A stretch of DNA of 64,000 nucleotides from a bacterium. Lineage in GTDB: Bacteria > Hinthialibacterota > Hinthialibacteria > Hinthialibacterales > Hinthialibacteraceae. Below are positions 52,496-62,171 of this stretch, in pieces. The stretch's first letter is position 1. Each line of letters begins with the position of its first letter. The stretch is taken from positions 22,082 through 86,081 of the forward strand of contig CAXXSM010000144.1 in NCBI GenBank assembly GCA_963663405.2, written 5' to 3'. The notes beneath the pieces were generated by a model. That model made no database searches, was not told where the DNA came from, and was given only the letters and a program-made list of their open reading frames with translations. A program made the position numbers and the translations under genes.

Positions 52496-53174
52496 GATGG
52501 TCCTCTTCTTGTGACAAAGATTGTTGTGAAAGCGCAATTGAAAAAATAGTTCCAATGACTTGTACTTCACCCAAGACAGTGGTTACGATTATTGGTTTTT
52601 CTTCATTATGACTGGCGTACATGGTGATTTTGCCGGATGTCAAATTGATCCGGCGCGCTTCATTAAATCGAATCGCGATTTGCGTCTCGCTTTGGCAATC
52701 GAGAATGGAACCGTCGGACAAAAAGATCGTGGCTCGAATCCCTTCCGGTACAACAACGTTTTTTCCACTCCACAGACGGTATTTCCAAAGCGCCGGCGTT
52801 TTTATGGGTTGGTTGGTATCCGATATGAAATGGATGTTATGAGTTAAGTTCCAATCGATGGTAAGGAATATTTTTATACAGATCACAAGGAAAACAGCCG
52901 CTATTCCGGAGTACGCCATAGCCAAATGAAATCGCGAAACGGCCAATCTCCCTGAGATTAAAAAGTACTCCTTCGATTTCTCTTTCATCTTTGTTACCAT
53001 GCGATTGAGTAAGGGATTCTTATCGTACTGTGGGACTTGCGCATTTTGTAGTTGGCTCCGCATTCGGGCGTACATAGCAAAGGCGCGGATTTCCTCCCGG
53101 TTCCGAGGAGGAGTGTCCTTCTGAGTGTATTGTTTGTAATAGTTTTCTTCTTGTTCCCATTCATTTGGATTCAT
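52425..53174 (-). CDS. FecR-domain anti-sigma factor
   Basis: TM helix, then LSDGSIL...RRINLTSG...VQVIGTIF. Confidence 0.75.
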   Translation of the reverse strand: MNPNEWEQEENYYKQYTQKDTPPRNREEIRAFAMYARMRSQLQNAQVPQYDKNPLLNRMVTKMKEKSKEYFLISGRLAVSRFHLAMAYSGIAAVFLVICIKIFLTIDWNLTHNIHFISDTNQPIKTPALWKYRLWSGKNVVVPEGIRATIFLSDGSILDCQSETQIAIRFNEARRINLTSGKITMYASHNEEKPIIVTTVLGEVQVIGTIFSIALSQQSLSQEEDHHENLDTDLIYPFTDYNDLINHHF

Positions 53175-53250
53175 GATGGTTTACCTGTTGTAATCGATCA
53201 GCCGCTTGAAGCAAAACACAATTGATCCATAGCCTGGAGGCTCAAATTCT

Positions 53251-53332
53251 CTCCACCAAGTTTGGGGGGAGTTAGAGAAGAGCGCGCTTCAGTGAAACGG
53301 CTTCTTTCTATTCTCCCCCCAGCTTGGGGGAG
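53251..53332. repeat. Pair of REP-like CTCCCCC...GGGGGAG hairpins
   Basis: CTCCACCAAGTTTGGGGGGAG at 53251 and CTCCCCCCAGCTTGGGGGAG at 53313. Confidence 0.55.
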
Positions 53333-53363
53333 GTTTCATGCAATTCAATCGGCTGACAAATGA

Positions 53364-53924
53364 CTACCTGTTAAAGGGCTCTAATAAAACACGCATTTTT
53401 TTTAAGCCGCGATAAAAATTCTTTTTGACTGATTCATAGGAGATATTCAAACTGACAGCGATCTCTTTAAATGAATCTTGGTTCAATTCATGGAGGACAA
53501 TAATTGTTCTCTGTAAAGGAGAAAGCCGGTCCAGAGCTTTTGTGAAAGCCGCTTCAAATTCCATCTCATTCGTTCTACAGCCAGGAGTTTGTGGATCGAT
53601 CATGTCTGGCAGATTCTCGATGCGCTCAACTGTGTACGCGACAAACCGTTTGTCTCTTTTTAGCCGGTTGATACAAAGATTTCTTGCGATGGTGAGGATC
53701 AATGGTTTGATCGATCCATTATTCATATGAACCTGCCTCTTTTTTACGGCTTCCACAAAGTTCAACATTGTTTCCTGCAGCACATCTCTTGCTTCATCGG
53801 GATTGTTTAATAAGAAAGTCGCAAGCCGGAGCACGTCATCCGCATACCAGTCCAGAACATCCTCAAAAGCGGTGGGATGTCCTCGCATCAACCGGGAGTA
53901 GAAATTCTTGTCGGGTTTCTTCAT
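53364..53924 (-). CDS. ECF RNA polymerase sigma-70 factor
   Basis: EARDVLQETM, LTIARNLCINRLK, LSPLQRTII...SFKEIA. Confidence 0.9.
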   Translation of the reverse strand: MKKPDKNFYSRLMRGHPTAFEDVLDWYADDVLRLATFLLNNPDEARDVLQETMLNFVEAVKKRQVHMNNGSIKPLILTIARNLCINRLKRDKRFVAYTVERIENLPDMIDPQTPGCRTNEMEFEAAFTKALDRLSPLQRTIIVLHELNQDSFKEIAVSLNISYESVKKNFYRGLKKMRVLLEPFNR

Positions 53925-54033
53925 GGATTCATGTCTCTCTACATCTAATAAACAACGGAACATCCGTTATAGGGACATTTTTTTTAATTAATTCCTCTTT
54001 CTTGTTGACGCATGTTTTATTTTTTGAACAAAT

Positions 54034-54060
54034 AAAAAAGCCCCGAATAAAATTCGGGGC
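54034..54060 (-). terminator. Rho-independent terminator
   Basis: GCCCCGAAT/ATTCGGGGC stem with T-run on the minus strand, after 54086. Confidence 0.8.
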
Positions 54061-54085
54061 CTTACAATTTTTGAAGAGAAGAATT

Positions 54086-55099
54086 CTAGTGGATTGACCA
54101 ATCAGACACACTCACGGCGGCGGGACCAAGAATCAAACCAGTCAGATTTTCACTGCTGTCCCAGTTTCCATCATAACCGGTCGTGTTGGTTTGGTGCTCC
54201 CGTGTTGGACTCTGCGCGAAAATGTCTCCATCGTTTTGTTGAGGAGAGCATCCAATCACATGCCCCTCTTCCAAATCCAATGGAGTGTTAAACTCGTCTT
54301 CCCAGAAGGCAAGCCATCCGGTCTCGATCATGGTGGGATCGTCAAGATCGTAAAATTGGACAGCTTCTACATCCAGAAATTCAAAGGGAACAATTTTGAC
54401 TTCCCAATTGATTTCAACCGGCGCTTCCATCCATTCCGTCACGGCGGGATCGGTCACACGAATCATCGCCGCCGATTCAAAATACTCATCCGCAATGTTA
54501 AAGGGATAGTGCGCCTCAGCCAGGTTGAGGGTTCCCTCGATTCGTTCATACACGAGTACGGGGACGAATTCTGTGCTGACTGGAATGCCGCCTTCCTGGT
54601 CGAATCCGCCATAATAAAGGGCTTCCGGATCGAAGGGATCCCAGTTGTTTTGTATATCCATTGTGTACTGCTGATGGAAACCAGATGTTGTGGATGAGGC
54701 GGAATCGCCAGAATTGCTGCCATCAATAATGATCTCCAACCGCTCGTTATTATAGCCGCCACTGCCCGCTGTTGAACCCAACCCCAGGACGTTGACGAAT
54801 GATTCATCAATGACGTTGATGGCGAAATACAGGGCGTTGGTTTCATCGTCCCACGCGATTTTCAGCACGATGTCCAAGTCACCCGTTCCCGGCTCCGCGG
54901 CAGGAGAGTCTCCGTCTTTGTCCATCGGAATGGTGGGAACGCTTCCCCACACAGCATCCGATAAGTCCCCGTCAATCACGGGAACGGACGGCAGTTCTGG
55001 AATCGTATACGCGTTCACATTCACACTCGTGTCTTGAGCGTATCCTGTTGTGGCGCCCGCAAGAATACAGAAAAACAATACTCCCCATTTTCTTTGCAT
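54086..55099 (-). CDS. Secreted CBM9/DOMON-like protein, paralog 1
   Basis: PVIDGDLSDAVW, IAWDDETNALYFAINVIDE; ends VSVSDWSIH. Confidence 0.75.
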   Translation of the reverse strand: MQRKWGVLFFCILAGATTGYAQDTSVNVNAYTIPELPSVPVIDGDLSDAVWGSVPTIPMDKDGDSPAAEPGTGDLDIVLKIAWDDETNALYFAINVIDESFVNVLGLGSTAGSGGYNNERLEIIIDGSNSGDSASSTTSGFHQQYTMDIQNNWDPFDPEALYYGGFDQEGGIPVSTEFVPVLVYERIEGTLNLAEAHYPFNIADEYFESAAMIRVTDPAVTEWMEAPVEINWEVKIVPFEFLDVEAVQFYDLDDPTMIETGWLAFWEDEFNTPLDLEEGHVIGCSPQQNDGDIFAQSPTREHQTNTTGYDGNWDSSENLTGLILGPAAVSVSDWSIH

Positions 55100-55349
55100 C
55101 GATTTTCTCCCCTTTAACAATGAGTTTTTAGATGAATGAAAATATATTCATCATAATATACGATCATTCGAAAGACCGTAATTAATTGATTATTTTATAA
55201 ATCGGGCTGAATGTCAAGATTCTGTGTGATTTTTTTTAGAGAATAATTATTCAAGAAAAGATAGTGCGCTTTCAGATTTCGAATTAGTTAGAATGAGGAT
55301 CTATAGATTATAATCTTTAAACTGAAGAAGTGATTCTATCCTACGCTAT

Positions 55350-55382
55350 AAAAAAAGGTCCCAGGATATTCCTGGGACCTTT
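55350..55382 (-). terminator. Rho-independent terminator
   Basis: AAAGGTCCCAGGA-TAT-TCCTGGGACCTTT with T-run on the minus strand. Confidence 0.85.
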
Positions 55383-55410
55383 CATGCAAGAAAATAAATG
55401 AATAAATAGC

Positions 55411-56415
55411 TTAGTGAATGGACCAATCCGATACGCTAACGGCTGCAGGGCCAAGAATCAAACCAGTCAGATTTTCACTGCTGTTCCAGTTTCCATCATA
55501 GCCGCTCGTGTTAGTCTGGTGTTCCCGTTCCGGCGACTCTGCAAAAATGTCTCCATCGTTTTGCTGGGGGACGCATCCAATCACGAGTCCTTCTTCCATG
55601 TCCAACGCTTCGTTTATCTCGTCTTCGAATACAGCGAGAAAACCATTTTCGATATTGGCGGGATCGGTCTGATCATAACCAAGCGCATCGGCTCCGATTA
55701 GGTATACAAAGGGAACAATTTTGACTTCCCAATTGATTTCAACCGGCGCTTCCAGCCATTCCGTCGCATTGGGATCGGTGACGCGAATCCTTGCCGCCGA
55801 TTCGTAGTATTCATCCGCAATGTTCCATGGATAATCACCCGCGATCGTATCCGTGATTTGTTCATACGTTGGAACCTGAATGAATTCTGTGCTGACTGGA
55901 TAACCGCCTTCCTGGTCGAATCCACCATAATACAGGGCCTCTGGATCGAATGGATCCCAGTTGTTGGGTAAATCTACTGTGTACTGCTGATGGAAACCGG
56001 TGGTGGTGTCCGAGGCGGAATCGCCTGTATTGGATCCATCAATAATGATTTCCAGCCGCTCGTTCAGATAGCCACCGGTACCGGCTGTGGATCCCCACCC
56101 TTGGATATCAACGAATGATTCATCAATAACGTTGATGGCGAAATACAGGGCGTTGGTTTCATCATCCCACGCGATCTTCAGCACGATGTCCAAGTCTCCT
56201 GTGCCCGGTTCCGCAGCGGGAGAGTCGCCATCTTTGTCCATGGGAATGGTTGGGACATTCGCCCAGACAGCATCCGTCAGGTCCCCATCGATTATGGGAA
56301 CAGAAGGAAGTTCTGGAATGGTGTAGGAGTTCACATTAACACTCGTGTCCTGCGCATCCCCTGGCATAGTCAACGCCATGATACAGAACAGCACAAATCC
56401 CCATTTTCTTTTCAT
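55411..56415 (-). CDS. Secreted CBM9/DOMON-like protein, paralog 2
   Basis: Colinear with 54086-55099; GAGGAGG RBS; ends VSVSDWSIH. Confidence 0.75.
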   Translation of the reverse strand: MKRKWGFVLFCIMALTMPGDAQDTSVNVNSYTIPELPSVPIIDGDLTDAVWANVPTIPMDKDGDSPAAEPGTGDLDIVLKIAWDDETNALYFAINVIDESFVDIQGWGSTAGTGGYLNERLEIIIDGSNTGDSASDTTTGFHQQYTVDLPNNWDPFDPEALYYGGFDQEGGYPVSTEFIQVPTYEQITDTIAGDYPWNIADEYYESAARIRVTDPNATEWLEAPVEINWEVKIVPFVYLIGADALGYDQTDPANIENGFLAVFEDEINEALDMEEGLVIGCVPQQNDGDIFAESPEREHQTNTSGYDGNWNSSENLTGLILGPAAVSVSDWSIH

Positions 56416-56816
56416 CTGCATCCTCCTCATTTTCTTTTTTTTTGAACGAACGATTTCATTCATTCAGCCTATTTTGCAATCTATCGACAGATTGCTTAGA
56501 ATCGATTATTCGGTATATTGATGCGCATGTCAAGACGGTATATTTGAATTTATTTAAATTAATATTAAATTTTCTATAGAGAAAATCGGCTAAAGTCTTT
56601 TCTAGAAATTGAAATGCGTAGGTTATTGAAGGTGTTATCTTATTAATTAATTAAGTTCTATTAAATAAATTTGTTATGAAACTTTTTATCCGCCCTGTTT
56701 TATTATAATCTATGTATAATCTCTAGGATCGATTATAGTAAAGATTTTGGGGTGAATTGGAATCTGTCGATCCTGTTCATGGTTGGCAAGCGGGGATTGA
56801 ATAACAATATAATAAA

Positions 56817-58868
56817 ATGGAATTCGAAATATTCGGTAAAGTAACTCGTCAGCCAAACCAGCGCGAAAAGCAGACAAAACGGATCTCTAACCAAAGGTAT
56901 ACAATCCGTCTGACGCGGCTCTGCGTATATTTAGCAGGGATAATCAACGTTCTTTTGTTTATTGAATTCGTTTTGTGCCATAGTGAGGATCGAGGTCAAC
57001 CACCATTTTTTTTGAAAGAGGACCGGGATGGAGAGAGTGTATATATCAACAATCCTGAATTCCCCCATCGTTTGTTTCCAAAGTCTATAGGTCGCATAGT
57101 TGATCCAATACGCATTCCAGTTGAACAGAATGAAGAGACGTTCCGGATTTTCATTCTCGGTGGATCGGTTGCGCAGGGTGTTCCCAATCCATCGTTTGGC
57201 TTTGGGCGTATTCTCGAAGCCATGCTGCGCGAACGGTATCCTCAAGATAGACTTGAGATTATCAATGTCTCTGTACCCGATGGCAATTCTCACCTTGTAT
57301 TATCCATTGCCGAAGAGTGTGTATCGATTCAGCCGGATCTGTTGATTCTCTATATGGGGAACAATGAAGTGACTGGTCCATTGAATACGGATTCGTTGTC
57401 CGAACGGCTATTCCGGCGAGTGGACGATCCGCATTTGCAAAAAATTCACTCCAATTACCGATCTAATCTGAGATTGATATTTGACGCGTGTTATCAAAGC
57501 CAAACACCGCTGATCGTTTGTACGATCTGTGTAAATCTTAGAGATTGTCCTCCATTCGTTTCTCTCCACGATTCTCATATAGCGGCCTCCCGCTTAGCGG
57601 AATGGGAAACGCTTTATCAAAGAGGAATCGAGGCCGAAAAGAAATCAAACGATCATGACGCTATGGAAACGTATCGGCAGGTGATGGAAATCGATCCTCA
57701 TTACGCTGAACTCTCCTATCGAATCGCTCGCTTGTTTTTCAAACAAGGAGACCGGGAGAGAGCGGAATCCTATTTTATCCAAGCGCGGGATGAGGACGCC
57801 TTGCGGCTTCGAGCGGATTCGAAAATCAATCAAATCATCCGGGAAGAAACTGGACTATGGAAGGGAAAAGGAATCGAGCTGGTTGATCTGAATCAGTATC
57901 TTACTGAAACCAATGGTATACCAGGGAATGATCTTTTTTACGATCATATCCACTTCAATTTCGAGGGCAATTACCAAATAGGCCACACGTTGTTCGAACG
58001 AATCGAGAAAATCCTTCAAATGCGTCATCCAGACGGGGAAGAGGGCCATCTAGCAATTCCTAGTGTGGAACGCTGTAAAGAGCGATTGGCGTATACAATC
58101 TGGGATCGTTATACAAGTCTCGATAATGCAAAGAAATATCTAGCCAAAGCGCCGTTTACGAATCAAGCGGGACATGCGGCTCGGATGAAACAGATCGAGA
58201 CCAGATTGGCCGCGTTGAAGAAATTGATGTCGCTTCAACTGATTCATCAATGCGTCGCGCAATATGATAGCGCGATCGAGATGAATCCAAATGATTGGCG
58301 GTTATATCAAAACTATGGTCAATTGCTGATGGCCGCGAAACGTCAGAACGAGGCGGTTAAGCAATATCAAAAAGTGGTTGAGAAGATCCCCCATCACCCC
58401 GAAGCGCATTTTGATTTAGGTGTCGCTTATTTGGAGAGCGGACAGTATGACGAAGCCATTCATTGTTTTGAAAACGCCATTGGGCTTCGCCCGGATTATG
58501 TAAACGCGTTTTTCAATATCGCGTATACACTCGACCGGCAAGATAAAACAAATCAAGCGATCGCTCAATATGAAAAAACATTAGAACTCGATCCTCAATA
58601 CGCTGATGCGCACTATCAATTGGGTACCATCTATCGGCGTCGGGAAGCCTGGGAGTTGGCCGAAAATCATTTCCGCGAAGTGATTCAAATACAACCGGAA
58701 GCCACCGACGCGTATATCAGTATTGGGATTCTATACGCCAAACGGAATCTATTTTCAACCGCGTTGGAGTGGTTTGAACGAGCGCTGAAGATGAATCCAG
58801 GCGACAAAAATATCTTGCGCTACATCCAAGCGGCGCAACGCCAAATGGAGAAACAAAATCCGAATTAA
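56817..58868 (+). CDS. SGNH/GDSL-hydrolase-like + TPR protein
   Basis: FRIFILGGS, YMGNNE, DHIH; C-terminal TPR array. Confidence 0.8.
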   Translation: MEFEIFGKVTRQPNQREKQTKRISNQRYTIRLTRLCVYLAGIINVLLFIEFVLCHSEDRGQPPFFLKEDRDGESVYINNPEFPHRLFPKSIGRIVDPIRIPVEQNEETFRIFILGGSVAQGVPNPSFGFGRILEAMLRERYPQDRLEIINVSVPDGNSHLVLSIAEECVSIQPDLLILYMGNNEVTGPLNTDSLSERLFRRVDDPHLQKIHSNYRSNLRLIFDACYQSQTPLIVCTICVNLRDCPPFVSLHDSHIAASRLAEWETLYQRGIEAEKKSNDHDAMETYRQVMEIDPHYAELSYRIARLFFKQGDRERAESYFIQARDEDALRLRADSKINQIIREETGLWKGKGIELVDLNQYLTETNGIPGNDLFYDHIHFNFEGNYQIGHTLFERIEKILQMRHPDGEEGHLAIPSVERCKERLAYTIWDRYTSLDNAKKYLAKAPFTNQAGHAARMKQIETRLAALKKLMSLQLIHQCVAQYDSAIEMNPNDWRLYQNYGQLLMAAKRQNEAVKQYQKVVEKIPHHPEAHFDLGVAYLESGQYDEAIHCFENAIGLRPDYVNAFFNIAYTLDRQDKTNQAIAQYEKTLELDPQYADAHYQLGTIYRRREAWELAENHFREVIQIQPEATDAYISIGILYAKRNLFSTALEWFERALKMNPGDKNILRYIQAAQRQMEKQNPN

Positions 58869-59005
58869 ATGATATGAGTCCTAATCTTTTGCAGGGCAGG
58901 GAACTGAAACTCGATAACTATGTAGAGTGGGCCGTGATTTTCTGACTCATCGAATTCTGAAATGATTTCATTATCCAGGAGATTCGTAAACAAGAGTAAT
59001 TATAT

Positions 59006-61855
59006 GTGTGGCGGGAACGCCATTTGGGGAGGAACCAAATGGGAAAAGTGGGAATCGGATTTTCTATTATATTTATGATTAGTTCCGGATTTGTCCAACA
59101 CTTCGCAGATGAATGGGAGAATGCGCGAATCAGTCAAAATACCAATGTGTTAATCCAAGCTCTAACCAACCGGGACCGGTCTCAAGCCGAGGAGGTCTTG
59201 GCTGAGATAAATACCCCATTCAACGCCGCTGAACGAATCGCAGTGATGCAAGCAGTGGATAGGCTTTCTCCCGGCGCGGACTGGATTCCCTTTTTAATCA
59301 AACTTGCGGAGAAGAATCAACCGGATGGAGATTTTGTTTTTCTGACCGCGAGAGCGTATTGGCGCGCGGGGGATACCGAATCGGCGATGAATGAATGCGC
59401 GATCGCGATCAAGCAATCACCAGACAACCAACGGCTCTTGTATCGCGCCGCCGCCCTTGCGCATTCTGTCGATCGAATCGAACTGGCGAAGACATGGATC
59501 AATCAGCTTCTTCAAATGGACCCCGAACACGCGGATGGCTTGTTCCTTTTGGGGCGGATCCAAGCCAGTCAGGGAGAAGATGACGCCGCGAAAAAAACAC
59601 TCGAACATGTTGTGCGTCTCAATCCAAAACATTATTTGTCTCAATACGAATTGGGCCGTTTGGGGAACCGAACTGGAGACGCAGCGATGGCGGAACAGCA
59701 TTTAAAAGCGGCGGTTCATGGATATCCATTCTTTCTCGAAGCGTATAACGCGCTTCTAATTGCTCTTGCCCGCCAGAAAAAAATGGATGAGCTGGAAACC
59801 TATAAAAAATACGCTACTTATATCAAACAATGGGATACTTCCAAAATAAACCGCCTTCGAACGGGCTTTCAAGCGCCGGAAAGCCTTACTGTTAAAGACA
59901 GTTACGAAATGGCCGTTGAGTTTTGTAAAGTCGGCCGCGAAGACTTGGCTGTTTCTTTGATTGAGTGGCTGATGAAAAACAACAAAACGGCGGAACCCCA
60001 TCTCATTCTTCTTGCCCAACTGCGCTACCGGCAGAAACAATATGAAGAGTGTGTGAACTTATTGGAACAGGTCAAAAATACCAACCTCCGCGCAACCGAG
60101 ACCTTCACGATTCTATACGCATGGTCCCTCTTTCTCGCAGGGAATGTGGAGGAGAGCCGCGCGTTCTATCAAACGATTTCCGATCAATATAAAGAAACTG
60201 AAAGCCTGCGGGAATTAGTCAAAGCCTTCGCGCAGAAGGCGCCATCCGCCAGCGCCGCTTCCGCCACGGAGACGCAAATCCCGGCGCATGGATTCCAGTT
60301 CGCCGATGTGACGGAGCAGGCGGGACTTTCGTCCTTCAAGCATAGACTGGGCAATCCAGACAAGCGCTGGATTGTCGACGCGATGGGATCAGGCGTAGCC
60401 GTTGGAGATTATGACAATGACGGTGATGACGACATCTATTTCGTCAATGGCCGGCCGGATATCCACAATCCTGATCCAGAATGGAGAAACGCGCTCTTCC
60501 GCAACGACGGTGGAATTTTCACAAACGTGACGGAAAGCGCGGGTGTTGGAGACACCGGTTTTGGCATGTGCGCCCTCTTTGGGGATATCAATAATGATGG
60601 CTGGCTTGATCTTTTTGTAGGCAATTATGGAGCGAATGCGCTCTATAAGAACAACGGCGATGGGACATTTACCAATATCACCCAGCAAGCGGGTGTGGGT
60701 GATAAGGGATACGCGGCGTCAGCGGCGTTCGCCGACGTGGATCGCGATGGGGATCTCGATCTCTACGTAGGCAATTACGTCGCCTTCGATCCTGAACGGG
60801 ATGGGGATAAGCGGGATGGCTATCATGGCATGAAAGTCTTCGCCGGCCCCCTCGCCTTCGGGAATCAGAAAGATATCCTCTATTCGAACAATGGGGCGGG
60901 AGTGTTTACCGATGTTTCGGAGAAAGCCAACATCAACGTCTCACCAGGACGCGCGATGGGAACCGTCTTCTTCGATTTCGACAACGACGGCGATCTGGAT
61001 CTTTATGTGACCAACGATTCCACCTACAACCATATGCTCTCCAATCAAGGTGATGGAACCTTTAAAGACATCAGTTTCGAATCAGGAGGCGCCTTCACGG
61101 AAAATGGTGTGGAAGGCGCGAGCATGGGCGTCATCACGGGGGATTACAACAACGACGGCTGGCTCGATCTCTTTGTGACATCCTACGAGCAGCAATCCGA
61201 CGTTCTCTATAAAAACGATGGGAAGGGATTTTTAATCGATTCCACAAGCCCGTCCGGCCTTTATGGGCCCAGCAAGATGTTGATCACGTGGGGCGGTCTA
61301 TTCTGCGATTTCAACGCGGATGGATTCCTCGATATTTTCACCGCCAACGGGCATCTGTATCCACAAGTGGAATCCATGGGAGTCAACCGTTCCTACAATC
61401 AGGGCGTATCCTTCTATCAAAACAATGGACAGCGATTTACGGACATCACATCAACCGTCCGGCTCGATCCATTCAAACCCAAAGGAGGGCGGGGAGCGGC
61501 GCTGCTCGATTACGACAATGATGGTGATATGGATATCATCATCAATTGCGTGGACGATTCTCCTCAATTACTGGAAAACCGTTCCAATCACGGGCATTGG
61601 CTCCAAGTCGATTTAAAAGCCAATTCCGCCCAAACCTTTGGCGTTCGTGTTGTCGCAAAAAAAGGCAATCAACGCTGGACGCGAACCGTCGACGGTGGAT
61701 CGGGATACCTCTCCCAAAGCTCTTCAATCCTCCATTTCGGATTCGGCTCCATCGATGAGATCGATGAGTTCACCATTCATTGGTTCCATCGCGAACCTCA
61801 GGTGATTCCATCCCCGAAACTTGATCAAAGGATACAAATTTCTCCATTAGATTAA
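59006..61855 (+). CDS. TPR + FG-GAP/VCBS + ASPIC/UnbV (CRTAC1-like) protein
   Basis: N-terminal TPRs; multiple DYDNDGDxD motifs; GGSGYLSQSS.ILHFGFG. Confidence 0.9.
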   Translation: MWRERHLGRNQMGKVGIGFSIIFMISSGFVQHFADEWENARISQNTNVLIQALTNRDRSQAEEVLAEINTPFNAAERIAVMQAVDRLSPGADWIPFLIKLAEKNQPDGDFVFLTARAYWRAGDTESAMNECAIAIKQSPDNQRLLYRAAALAHSVDRIELAKTWINQLLQMDPEHADGLFLLGRIQASQGEDDAAKKTLEHVVRLNPKHYLSQYELGRLGNRTGDAAMAEQHLKAAVHGYPFFLEAYNALLIALARQKKMDELETYKKYATYIKQWDTSKINRLRTGFQAPESLTVKDSYEMAVEFCKVGREDLAVSLIEWLMKNNKTAEPHLILLAQLRYRQKQYEECVNLLEQVKNTNLRATETFTILYAWSLFLAGNVEESRAFYQTISDQYKETESLRELVKAFAQKAPSASAASATETQIPAHGFQFADVTEQAGLSSFKHRLGNPDKRWIVDAMGSGVAVGDYDNDGDDDIYFVNGRPDIHNPDPEWRNALFRNDGGIFTNVTESAGVGDTGFGMCALFGDINNDGWLDLFVGNYGANALYKNNGDGTFTNITQQAGVGDKGYAASAAFADVDRDGDLDLYVGNYVAFDPERDGDKRDGYHGMKVFAGPLAFGNQKDILYSNNGAGVFTDVSEKANINVSPGRAMGTVFFDFDNDGDLDLYVTNDSTYNHMLSNQGDGTFKDISFESGGAFTENGVEGASMGVITGDYNNDGWLDLFVTSYEQQSDVLYKNDGKGFLIDSTSPSGLYGPSKMLITWGGLFCDFNADGFLDIFTANGHLYPQVESMGVNRSYNQGVSFYQNNGQRFTDITSTVRLDPFKPKGGRGAALLDYDNDGDMDIIINCVDDSPQLLENRSNHGHWLQVDLKANSAQTFGVRVVAKKGNQRWTRTVDGGSGYLSQSSSILHFGFGSIDEIDEFTIHWFHREPQVIPSPKLDQRIQISPLD

Positions 61856-62073
61856 CTAAAAGGTGTTAAGGGCAAGTACCGACGTAAGCGCCGGAGCGTT
61901 TACTCATTCTACCCTTGTGTGATTGATGGGGGGGGCAATGGCAAGGTTTTTTGTGTCTGCCCTTTTTCGTGAAGAACGCCTATGTAATGCATTAAGACCA
62001 TGTGCGTGAAATTTATCGAGGTATAATGAAATAGGTGGTCGTTGTATTCCTAATTCCTTATAAATAAGTTCTT

Positions 62074-62152
62074 ATGATTTGAGATAACAAATGAAAATGA
62101 GTTGCGGGAATTCTCGCAAACAAGCAAGTCTCGAAAACTCATTTTCATATAA
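62074..62152 (+). repeat. Single copy of repeat family A
   Basis: ATGATTTGAGATAACAAATGAAAATGAGTTGCGGG...AAACTCATTTTCATATAA. Confidence 0.85.
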
Positions 62153-62171
62153 TTCATAGAGAAAGATTGAC

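Noticed and set aside
54086-56415. DGR TR/VR pair
   Set aside because: Both copies are full genes with mostly synonymous-type divergence; no RT gene
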